A DNA stretch of 62,419 bases from an uncultured Burkholderiaceae bacterium (GTDB lineage Bacteria; Pseudomonadota; Gammaproteobacteria; Burkholderiales; Burkholderiaceae_C), in assembly GCA_964597235.1 (NCBI GenBank), contig CAZQXQ010000001.1, positions 1 through 62,419 on the forward strand. Direction: 5' to 3'. Positions 30,469-38,425 of the stretch are shown here, in pieces. The notes under the pieces were generated by a model. That model saw only the letters and a program-made list of their open reading frames with translations. It was not told the origin of the DNA and searched no databases. The position numbers and the translations under genes are program-made. Positions within the stretch are counted from its first letter, which is position 1. Each line of letters starts with the position of its first letter.

Positions 30469-30875
30469 TGCCTGCCCAGCCGCTGACGCCCGCGACCCTG
30501 ATGGCAAAGGCAGATACCGCAAGTTCTTCTGCACGCGCACTGCTGATGCTAGGTGACGTGGATGGTGCAGCCAATCGGGCTTACTACGCCATGTTCGATG
30601 CCGCCCGCGCGGCGTTGTTGGCGTCAAATGCCTCAGTGCCGCCAGAGATTGCCCGCACGCACAGCGGCCTGATTGGCGCTTTTGGCCTGCACCTTATCAA
30701 GCCAGGCGTGATTCCAAGAGACCTGGGACGTCTTCTGAACCAGGCCTACGAAATCCGACAAACAGCTGACTACAGCGGTGAAGCAGTCGAACTGGAAGAC
30801 GCCAAGGCGATCGTGGAGAAGGCAGAGGTTTTCTTAGCGGCCATTCGCACTACGTTCATGCCACCCCAGGCGTGA
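30465..30875 (+). CDS. HEPN-domain protein (UPF0332-like), pair 3
   Basis: ATG 30465. AANRAYYAMFDAARAALL...THSGLIGAFGLHLIK...LLNQAYEIRQTADYSG matches the helical HEPN pattern. The R-x4 motif ends in Tyr (RQTADY), not His. Confidence 0.8.
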   Translation: MMPAQPLTPATLMAKADTASSSARALLMLGDVDGAANRAYYAMFDAARAALLASNASVPPEIARTHSGLIGAFGLHLIKPGVIPRDLGRLLNQAYEIRQTADYSGEAVELEDAKAIVEKAEVFLAAIRTTFMPPQA

Positions 30876-30932
30876 AAATGAGAACGAAATGAACAAAGTC
30901 GTGAAAGTTCAGACGCTGGATGGCGGATTTTG

Positions 30933-32498
30933 ATGACCCGCAAAAAGCTCCCTATCGGCATCCAGACCTTCGCCAAGATGCGCGAGGGCGGTGCCCCGTA
31001 CTACTACGTCGATAAGACGCCGCTGGCGCTGCAGCTGATTGAAGAGGGCACGCATTACTTTTTGTCGCGCCCGCGCCGTTTTGGCAAAAGCCTGTTTCTG
31101 GACACGCTCAAGGAATTGTTCGAGGGCAATGCCGCCCTGTTCAAGGGGCTGTACGCCGAGCACCACTGGGACTGGTCGGTCCAGTTTCCGGTGCTGCGCA
31201 TCAGTTTTGGTGGCGGTGTGCTGGGCTCGGTGGAAGACCTGCAGGCCAGCCTCAACGAACAACTGGGCACGCTGGAAGCCCGGTTTGGCCTTCCCGCCGA
31301 ATACCCCGATGCCCGCAGCCGCTTTAAGCGCTTGATCCTGCGGTTGGCAGAGCAAACCGGCCAACGCGTAGTGGTGCTGGTGGACGAGTACGACAAGCCC
31401 ATCCTCGACCGCATCGAAGACCGCGACAAAGCCCTGGCCATTCGCGAGGTACTCAAGGACTTCTACGCCGTCATCAAGGACAGCGACGCCCATGTCCGCT
31501 TCGCCTTTTTGACCGGCGTTTCCAAGTTCAGCAAAGTCAGCCTGTTTTCGGGCCTGAACAACCTCAAGGACATCACCATCGATGCGCGCTACAGCGCCAT
31601 CTGCGGCTACACCGATATCGATGTCGATACCGTCTTCGCCCCAGAGCTGCCGGGACTGAACCGCCAGGAAATCCGCCGCTGGTACAACGGCTACCACTGG
31701 ACGGGCGAGAGCGTTTACAACCCGTTTGATTTGCTGCTGCTGTTCGACACCCGCCGGTTCCGCCCCTATTGGTTTGAGACCGGCACGCCCACCTTCCTGA
31801 TCAAACTGCTGGTGCAGCGCCAGCAGTTCACGCCCGACCTGGAACACCTGGTCGCCCCCGAAACGCTGGTCTCCACCTTTGACGTGGACGACATCCCCAC
31901 CGTGGCGCTGATGTTCCAGGCGGGTTATTTGACGATTGGCAAGGTCCGCTACCTGCCGGGGCGCATGGAAATGCAGCTGCGCTACCCGAACCTCGAAGTC
32001 AAGGCCAGCCTCAACGACAGCCTGCTGGGCGCGCTGTGTGGCGGCGCTGCCGTGCCTGCAGGGCAGATCAGCCGGCTCTACGACCTGCTACAGGCGCACG
32101 ACGTAGCTGGCATGCAAGCCCTGTTCCATGCCTTCTTTGCCAGCATTCCCAACGACTGGTACCGCAACAGCCCTATCGCCCAATACGAAGGCTACTGGGC
32201 CAGCGTCTTCTACAGCCACTTTGCCGCGCTGGGCCTGGACATCGTGCTCGAAGACGTGACCAACAAAGGCCGCATCGACATGGCCGTGCGCTTTGAAGGC
32301 CATACCTATTTGTTCGAATTCAAGGTCGTTGAGCTGGTGCCCGCAGGCAAGGCCCTGCAGCAACTCAAGGACCGGCGTTACGCCGACAAGTACCGCGCCC
32401 CCGGCGCTGGCCCCATCCACCTGATCGGCGTGGAGTTCAGCAAAGACCAGCGCAACCTCGTGGCGTTTGAGACAGAGACTTTGGAGTCTGCGCAATGA
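30933..32498 (+). CDS. predicted P-loop ATPase fused to PD-(D/E)XK nuclease (AAA-ATPase_like + PDDEXK_9/DUF1703 architecture), copy 1
   Basis: 521 aa from ATG 30933. Walker A-like SRPRRFGKS, Walker B VVVLVDEYDKP, C-terminal nuclease core GRIDMAV...YLFEFKV (D...ExK). Stop overlaps the copy 2 ATG (ATGA). Confidence 0.85.
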   Translation: MTRKKLPIGIQTFAKMREGGAPYYYVDKTPLALQLIEEGTHYFLSRPRRFGKSLFLDTLKELFEGNAALFKGLYAEHHWDWSVQFPVLRISFGGGVLGSVEDLQASLNEQLGTLEARFGLPAEYPDARSRFKRLILRLAEQTGQRVVVLVDEYDKPILDRIEDRDKALAIREVLKDFYAVIKDSDAHVRFAFLTGVSKFSKVSLFSGLNNLKDITIDARYSAICGYTDIDVDTVFAPELPGLNRQEIRRWYNGYHWTGESVYNPFDLLLLFDTRRFRPYWFETGTPTFLIKLLVQRQQFTPDLEHLVAPETLVSTFDVDDIPTVALMFQAGYLTIGKVRYLPGRMEMQLRYPNLEVKASLNDSLLGALCGGAAVPAGQISRLYDLLQAHDVAGMQALFHAFFASIPNDWYRNSPIAQYEGYWASVFYSHFAALGLDIVLEDVTNKGRIDMAVRFEGHTYLFEFKVVELVPAGKALQQLKDRRYADKYRAPGAGPIHLIGVEFSKDQRNLVAFETETLESAQ

Positions 32499-34054
32499 CC
32501 CGCAAAAAGCTCCCCATCGGCATCCAAACCCTGCGTGAAATCCGTGAGGACGGCTGCTACTACGTGGACAAGACCCCGCTGGCGCTGCAGCTGATTGCGC
32601 AAGGCAAGTATTACTTTTTGTCCCGCCCGCGCCGCTTTGGCAAAAGCCTGTTTTTGGACACGCTCAAGGAACTGTTCGAGGGCAATGCGCCGCTGTTCCA
32701 AGGCCTGTATGCCGAAACGCGCTGGAATTGGTCGGTCCAATTTCCGGTGCTGCGCTTCAGCTTTGGTGGCGGCGTCGTACGCGATGCCCAGGACCTGCAA
32801 GGCCGCATCGACTCTCACCTTCGCCGCTTTGAGGAAGCCCACGGCCTGCATGCGGTGGACGCCAGCCTGCCCGAGCGCTTTCGCACACTGATCCTGCAGC
32901 TGTCGGCAAAAGCAGGCCAGCGCGTGGTCGTGCTGGTGGACGAATACGACAAACCCATCCTGGACAACATCGAGCACCCCGAGCAGGCCCGCGCCATCCG
33001 CGATGGCCTGCGCGACCTCTACGCCGTCATCAAGGACAGCGATGCCCACATCCGCTTTGCCTTTCTGACCGGCGTCTCCAAATTCAGCAAGGTCAGCCTG
33101 TTCTCCGGCCTAAATAACCTGGAAGACATCACCCTGGTGCCCGAGTACAGTGCCATTTGCGGCTATACCGATGACGACGTGGACACGGTGTTTGCCCCCG
33201 AGCTGCCAGGTCTGGACCGCGACGAAGTCCGCCGCTGGTACAACGGCTACAACTGGACAGGCGATGCGGTCTACAACCCCTTTGATCTGCTCCTGCTGTT
33301 TCGCAAACGGGTCTTTCGCCCCTGGTGGTTCGAGACCGGAACCCCTACCTTCCTGGTCAAACTGCTCGCCCAGCGCGGCTATTTCACCCCCAACCTGGCC
33401 AAAGTCCATGCGGGCGAGCACCTGCTGTCCACCTTTGATGTGGATGGCATCGCCAACGAGGCACTGCTGTTTCAGACCGGCTACCTCACCATCCACGAGG
33501 TGCGCCAACCCATCCTAGGCCAGTGGGTGTACACCCTGGGCTACCCCAACCGCGAAGTCGAATCCAGCCTCAACGCCAGCCTTTTACCGTGGATGGGGGC
33601 AGACGAATCCGTCGCCTTCCAGCAGCGCCTGCGCCTGATCGACCTGTTGCAGGCCCACGACGTGGGCAGCATGCGCGATTTGTTCCACGCCTTCTTTGCC
33701 AGCATCCCGAATGATTGGTATCGCAACAGCCCCATCGCCCAATACGAAGGCTACTGGGCCAGCGTGTTCTACAGCCACTTTGCGGCGCTGGGCTTGGACA
33801 TCGTGCTCGAAGATGTCACCAACAAAGGCCGCATCGACATGGCTGTGCGGTTTGAGGGGCATACGTATTTGTTCGAGTTCAAGGTGGTGGAACTCGTGCC
33901 CGAAGGCAAGGCCCTGCAGCAGCTCAAGGACCGGGGCTATGCCGACAAGTACCGTGGCGCCGGCCCCGTGCACCTGATCGGCGTGGAGTTCAGTAAGGAC
34001 CAGCGCAATATCGTGGCGTTTGATGTTGAGAATTTGCATCAAAACAGCCTCTAG
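32495..34054 (+). CDS. predicted P-loop ATPase fused to PD-(D/E)XK nuclease, copy 2 (paralogue)
   Basis: 519 aa. Same motifs as copy 1. Roughly three-quarters identical to copy 1 by eye, with a 74-aa identical block around the nuclease core. Confidence 0.85.
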   Translation: MTRKKLPIGIQTLREIREDGCYYVDKTPLALQLIAQGKYYFLSRPRRFGKSLFLDTLKELFEGNAPLFQGLYAETRWNWSVQFPVLRFSFGGGVVRDAQDLQGRIDSHLRRFEEAHGLHAVDASLPERFRTLILQLSAKAGQRVVVLVDEYDKPILDNIEHPEQARAIRDGLRDLYAVIKDSDAHIRFAFLTGVSKFSKVSLFSGLNNLEDITLVPEYSAICGYTDDDVDTVFAPELPGLDRDEVRRWYNGYNWTGDAVYNPFDLLLLFRKRVFRPWWFETGTPTFLVKLLAQRGYFTPNLAKVHAGEHLLSTFDVDGIANEALLFQTGYLTIHEVRQPILGQWVYTLGYPNREVESSLNASLLPWMGADESVAFQQRLRLIDLLQAHDVGSMRDLFHAFFASIPNDWYRNSPIAQYEGYWASVFYSHFAALGLDIVLEDVTNKGRIDMAVRFEGHTYLFEFKVVELVPEGKALQQLKDRGYADKYRGAGPVHLIGVEFSKDQRNIVAFDVENLHQNSL

Positions 34055-34074
34055 GCCAATCAATACCAGCGGTA
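34041..34074. repeat. short interspersed repeat, copy C
   Basis: aaaacagcctctaggccaatcaataccagcggta. The first 33 nt match 41129-41161 at about 29 positions (hand alignment). Confidence 0.5.
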
Positions 34075-34100
34075 TGTCAGACAAGGTAATTGCTGGAACG

Positions 34101-34211
34101 ATGTTGTTTGAAGGGCATACTTACCCGTTCGAGTTCAAGGTGGTGGAGCTGTTACCTGCAGGTAAGGCCCTGCCGCAGCTCAAGGACCGGGGACGTTGTC
34201 GTGGCGTTTGG
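34101..34211 (+). pseudogene. scar of a third ATPase-nuclease copy (C-terminal ~35 codons, internally deleted)
   Basis: Reads MLFEGHTYPFEFKVVELLPAGKALPQLKDRG..VVAF, versus RFEGHTYLFEFKVVELVPAGKALQQLKDR...NLVAF in the intact copies. Confidence 0.7.
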
Positions 34212-34255
34212 CACGGGGACTTTGGAATGAAAAAGAGTGTGAGTACGAGGTTCGT

Positions 34256-36202
34256 ATGTTGAATTTTTTGGTGACCTTGCCATCGCGCATGAAGATGGCG
34301 CTGCTGATGGCACTGGATTCCGTGTTGGTGCCGTTGGCGCTCTGGGGGGCGTACTGCCTGCGCTTGGGCGAGTGGTACACCAACGCCACGATGGTGTCCT
34401 GGCTTTCATTGATCTTGGTGATCTTGTCCATCCCGGTGTTCATTTGGCAGGGGCTGTACCGCACGGTCACCCGGCACATTCGGGAGTCCGGGTTTTGGCT
34501 GATTGCCCGCGCGGCGGGATGGTCGGGCCTGGTGTTGGTGGTGGCCACGTTGCTCCATGATGACCATTGGTTCATCCCCCATTCGCTGTTTGCGATTTAC
34601 GCGATGTTGCTGTTCATCTTGCTGGTTGCCAGCCGTGTGACGGCGGCTTTGTTGCTGGGGGGCAGTACCAACAGTAAAGGCGCGCCGGTGGCAATTTACG
34701 GCGCGGGAGAGTCGGGTCAGCAACTGGCGTCCACGCTGCGCCTCGGTCAAGACTACATGCCGGTGGTGTTTCTGGACCGCCATCCCGAGCTCAAGGGGCG
34801 CACGGTGGATTCGCTGCATGTGTTGGATCCGTACCGCGACGACTTGGTCAAAGCGCTGCAGAAGTTGGGGGTGCGCGAAATCCTGCTCGCCATTCCAGGC
34901 TTGGATCGCGGACAGCGCCGCTCGATTCTGGAGCGGCTGGAGAAGTTGGCCTTCCGGGTGCGCACGGTGCCGTCGATGGAGGACATCCTGTCGGGCAAGG
35001 CGCGCCTGGATCAGCTGGAGGAAATCAGCGTGGACGATCTGCTGGGCCGGGATGCGGTGCCCGCGCTGCCGGGCCTGCTGGACCGCTGTATTCGTGGCCG
35101 GGCGGTGCTGGTGACCGGGGCGGGCGGATCGATCGGTTCGGAGCTGTGCCGGCAAGTCTTGCAACAGGGGGCATCGCGTCTGATCCTGCTGGAACATTCC
35201 GAGGTCGCGCTTTATACGATCGAGTTGGAATTGCTGAAAATGTTGCCCAACTGTGCGCCGGGCACGCTGCTGGAACCGGTGCTGGGGTCGGTTCAGGATG
35301 CCGCCTTGGTCGATCGGCTGTTCAGCGAATACGACATTGACACCGTTTATCACGCGGCCGCCTACAAGCATGTGCCGATCGTGGAGATGAATCCCTTTCA
35401 GGGCATTCGCAACAACGCCCGGGGAACGATGGTGGTGGCCGATGCGGCCTTGCGCCATGGGGCCAAACATTTCGTCTTGATTTCCACGGACAAGGCGGTG
35501 CGTCCGACCAATGTGATGGGCGCCACCAAGCGGATGGCCGAATTGGTGGTGCAAGCCATGGCGGCCGAGGGCTCGAAAACGGTGTTCAGCATGGTGCGTT
35601 TTGGCAATGTGCTGGGGTCGTCGGGGTCGGTGGTGCCCTTGTTCCGCAAGCAGATTGCCGCAGGCGGCCCGGTGACGGTCACGCACCCGGAGGTGACGCG
35701 GTATTTCATGACCATTCCAGAAGCCGTCCAACTGGTCATCCAGGCAGGCGCGATGGCCACAGGCGGCGAGGTGTTTGTGCTGGACATGGGTCAGCCGGTG
35801 CGCATCGCGGACCTGGCGGCCAAGATGATTCACCTGAGTGGTCGCCGCGTGCGTTCAGAAGCGGAGCCCGATGGCGACATTGAAATCAAGGTGACCGGCT
35901 TGCGCCCCGGAGAGAAGCTATACGAGGAGTTGCTCATCGGGGATGCTGTGGGCGGAACGCAACATCCCCGCATCATGCGGGCCAACGAGGATTTCCGTCC
36001 CTTGGCCGAGGTCCTTGCAGTGCTGGACCGGATGGAGCAGGCAGCAGCCGCCCACGATGAAGATGCACTCAAAAACCTGTTGCAGGCGTGGGTCTCGGGC
36101 TATCAGCCGTCGGCGCCTGAACCATCACTACCGGCCATTTCGCAGCACCGAGCCACTCCCATCCTTCCAGTGCTTGCGCGCGTCGGCGTATGTGTTGGTT
36201 AA
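34256..36202 (+). CDS. membrane-bound UDP-GlcNAc 4,6-dehydratase (PglF/WbpM/CapD family)
   Basis: ATG 34256 with a GAGG 6-9 nt upstream. Four N-terminal TM segments, linker Rossmann domain (VAIYGAGESG), catalytic SDR (VLVTGAGGSIGSEL, YHAAAYKHVP, STDKAVRPTNVMGATKR). Confidence 0.9.
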   Translation: MLNFLVTLPSRMKMALLMALDSVLVPLALWGAYCLRLGEWYTNATMVSWLSLILVILSIPVFIWQGLYRTVTRHIRESGFWLIARAAGWSGLVLVVATLLHDDHWFIPHSLFAIYAMLLFILLVASRVTAALLLGGSTNSKGAPVAIYGAGESGQQLASTLRLGQDYMPVVFLDRHPELKGRTVDSLHVLDPYRDDLVKALQKLGVREILLAIPGLDRGQRRSILERLEKLAFRVRTVPSMEDILSGKARLDQLEEISVDDLLGRDAVPALPGLLDRCIRGRAVLVTGAGGSIGSELCRQVLQQGASRLILLEHSEVALYTIELELLKMLPNCAPGTLLEPVLGSVQDAALVDRLFSEYDIDTVYHAAAYKHVPIVEMNPFQGIRNNARGTMVVADAALRHGAKHFVLISTDKAVRPTNVMGATKRMAELVVQAMAAEGSKTVFSMVRFGNVLGSSGSVVPLFRKQIAAGGPVTVTHPEVTRYFMTIPEAVQLVIQAGAMATGGEVFVLDMGQPVRIADLAAKMIHLSGRRVRSEAEPDGDIEIKVTGLRPGEKLYEELLIGDAVGGTQHPRIMRANEDFRPLAEVLAVLDRMEQAAAAHDEDALKNLLQAWVSGYQPSAPEPSLPAISQHRATPILPVLARVGVCVG

Positions 36203-36280
36203 ATGACCAAGTTAGTGGAAAAATTCTTATTTTTTTGGGCCCCAGTGTTAGACTCGACACAATTTTTTTGGAGTAACACC

Positions 36281-36871
36281 ATGCGCAAAATGCTCGCTCG
36301 TCATGTGGTTGGTTTGGTCGTTTCGGTCGCTGCGGTTTCTGCCTTCGCGCAGTTCACACCCAACATGGGGTTTGCGGCCCTGAAGACAGAAGTGGCCAAG
36401 CAAAAGTCCGAAGGCAAGTCTGCGGCCCAGATTGCCCAGGCTGCAAAGGCTATGGGCGCAACCAATGAAAGCCAACTCACCATGGTGATGTTGTCTCAAT
36501 TTGGCACAAGTGCTGCTGCTGAAGTGGTGTCTGCGGTGATCAGCAGCTTTGGTGCCAGCGACACGGTGGCCAGCAATGTGGCAGCTGCGGCTACTTCGGC
36601 CGGCGTCGCTCCGTCGGTGGTGACTGTGGCTGCCATCGCTGCAGGGGCCAATGTATCCACCGTGACTGCTGCCACGGCTGCCGGCCCAGGCACCGGTTTG
36701 GGCGGTAATGCTGCTCAGGCGCAAGCGCCTGCCGCCGGGAATACAGGCAATGCTGCTGCCGGTATTGGCGGTGGTTTCTCGGGCGGCTCCGTGTTTGGCG
36801 GAACGGGCGCCTCTCCTTTCTCTTCCTTGGGCGGTGGCGGCGGTGGGGCCACCACGGCAAGCCGCAACTGA
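36281..36871 (+). CDS. secreted Ala/Ser/Gly-rich low-complexity protein, function unknown
   Basis: ATG 36281 preceded by GGAG. Signal peptide MRKMLARHVVGLVVSVAAVSAFAQ. A short helical region is followed by a long A/S/T/V/G tract ending GGGGGATTASRN. A hairpin terminator follows. Confidence 0.6.
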   Translation: MRKMLARHVVGLVVSVAAVSAFAQFTPNMGFAALKTEVAKQKSEGKSAAQIAQAAKAMGATNESQLTMVMLSQFGTSAAAEVVSAVISSFGASDTVASNVAAAATSAGVAPSVVTVAAIAAGANVSTVTAATAAGPGTGLGGNAAQAQAPAAGNTGNAAAGIGGGFSGGSVFGGTGASPFSSLGGGGGGATTASRN

Positions 36872-36894
36872 TCTTTTCTTGTCGTTTTTCAAAG

Positions 36895-36917
36895 GGCAGC
36901 GTCAAGCTGCCTTTTTT
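36895..36917 (+). terminator. rho-independent terminator
   Basis: ggcagc-gtcaa-gctgcc followed by tttttt, 24 nt after the stop of the secreted-protein gene. Confidence 0.7.
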
Positions 36918-36946
36918 ATGTCCCTTCCCGCTACCTGATCCTTTGA

Positions 36947-38416
36947 ATGGCTACATCCTGGCTGTCTTCCAGTCGTTCCGATCCCCACGCCGAGGTACAT
37001 GACAACCTGGCATTTGCCGCGCTGCTGTTGTTGCTGGTGTGGGTGCCCATTCCCCTGGGCAGCAACCGTGTCTTGCCTGCCGCCGTGATGGTGGCGTGGT
37101 CGGTGCTTGTTCTATTGGCCGTGCTGTGGGCATGGCGGTCGCGCTTGCCTGACTTGGGCGGGCGGCTGGCGACGTTTGCCGTGCCCGCTGTTTGCCTGAT
37201 TTTGTTGATGGGCTGGGTGTGGTTGCAGACCCTGCCTTTGCCTGGTGCGCTGCTGCAATGGTGGTCGCCGGAAGCGTTTCGGGTGCAGCAGGGGGTCTCA
37301 GCGGTGCACACCATTTCATTGGATGTGAACCAGACCCGGTTGTATGCGGCGCTGACGGTGGGGTATGCCTGTGCGTTCATGGCCACGGTGGCTTGCGTCC
37401 GTGACCGGGGTCGGCTCGAAAAGTTGGTGATGGTGATGGTGCTGACCGCGCTGGTGCAGTCGGTGTTGGCCATTGTGCTGCTGGCAGTCAAGGCCCGGTA
37501 TTTCGTTTTTTACACGGAGATCCGTCACGCAACGGCAGTGGGGACCTTTGTCAATCGCAACCACTTTGCCGGTTTCCTGGAAATGGCCTTGTCGGTGGGC
37601 GTGGGGTTGATGGTGGCCCGGGTGAGCCACAAAACGCAGCGCCTGAAAACCTGGAAAGACCGGGTCGTGGCAGGCTTGCGCTTCATGCTCAGCAACAAAA
37701 TGGTGCTGCGGTTGATGCTGGTGATCATGGTGATTGCGCTCGTGCTGACACGCTCGCGCATGGGCAATACCGGGTTTTTCGCGGCGATGCTGGTGGTGGG
37801 CGGCGTGACGCTGGTGCTGACGCGGCGCTCGGCTCCGGCCATGGTGGCGCTGATCACCAGTTTGCTGGTGGTGGATGTGGTGATCGTGGGCACTTGGGTA
37901 GGCCTGGAGAAGGTGACCGAGCGGATGCAGGGCCCCCAGCTGGCCCGTGATGTGGATTTCCGCGCCGATGTGGCCTTGCATGCCCAAGACCTGGTCGCGG
38001 ACTTTTGGCTGACGGGTTCAGGGGCGGGATCGTTCTACAACACCTATTTGCGCTACCGCAGCCTGATGGAGGGGTATTTCGACCATGCCCACCATGACTA
38101 TCTGGAGCTGTGGGCGGATTTTGGGCTGATCGGTCTGTGCCTGTTCGCGGTGCTGGTGCTGTCCACCGTCTGGGTGAGCCTGGTCAATATTCGCCGGCGT
38201 CGCAGTGCCTTGCCACGGGGGATTTCGTTTGGGGTGTTGATGGCCATCGTGGCCATTGCCATTCACAGCTTTGTGGATTTCAACCTGCAGATTCCGTCCA
38301 ACGCGCTGTGGATGGTGGTCATTTTGGCGATGGGCTGGGTGTCCTATCGCCTTCCGTCGGCGGCCGGACGCTCGCGTACGGGGGATGACCAGCTGCCCGT
38401 GACTCTTCGCCCATGA
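36947..38416 (+). CDS. O-antigen ligase family (Wzy_C domain) membrane protein: WaaL-like ligase or PglL-like O-oligosaccharyltransferase
   Basis: 489 aa, about 10-12 TM segments. LTRSRMGNTGFF motif region and a periplasmic loop with DFWLTGSGAGSFYNTYLRY...HAHHDYLELWADFG, typical of the Wzy_C family. Confidence 0.8.
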   Translation: MATSWLSSSRSDPHAEVHDNLAFAALLLLLVWVPIPLGSNRVLPAAVMVAWSVLVLLAVLWAWRSRLPDLGGRLATFAVPAVCLILLMGWVWLQTLPLPGALLQWWSPEAFRVQQGVSAVHTISLDVNQTRLYAALTVGYACAFMATVACVRDRGRLEKLVMVMVLTALVQSVLAIVLLAVKARYFVFYTEIRHATAVGTFVNRNHFAGFLEMALSVGVGLMVARVSHKTQRLKTWKDRVVAGLRFMLSNKMVLRLMLVIMVIALVLTRSRMGNTGFFAAMLVVGGVTLVLTRRSAPAMVALITSLLVVDVVIVGTWVGLEKVTERMQGPQLARDVDFRADVALHAQDLVADFWLTGSGAGSFYNTYLRYRSLMEGYFDHAHHDYLELWADFGLIGLCLFAVLVLSTVWVSLVNIRRRRSALPRGISFGVLMAIVAIAIHSFVDFNLQIPSNALWMVVILAMGWVSYRLPSAAGRSRTGDDQLPVTLRP

Positions 38417-38425
38417 GGTCTTGCC

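Noticed and set aside
34406-35833. 475-aa antisense ORF opposite the PglF/WbpM-like dehydratase
   Set aside because: His/Arg/Gln-rich nonsense translation. The plus-strand SDR motifs are clear.
36203-36280. Upstream extension (MTKLVEKFLFFWAPVLDSTQFFWSNT) of the secreted-protein ORF
   Set aside because: It would bury the signal peptide. The internal ATG 36281 has a GGAG at proper spacing and yields a canonical Sec leader.
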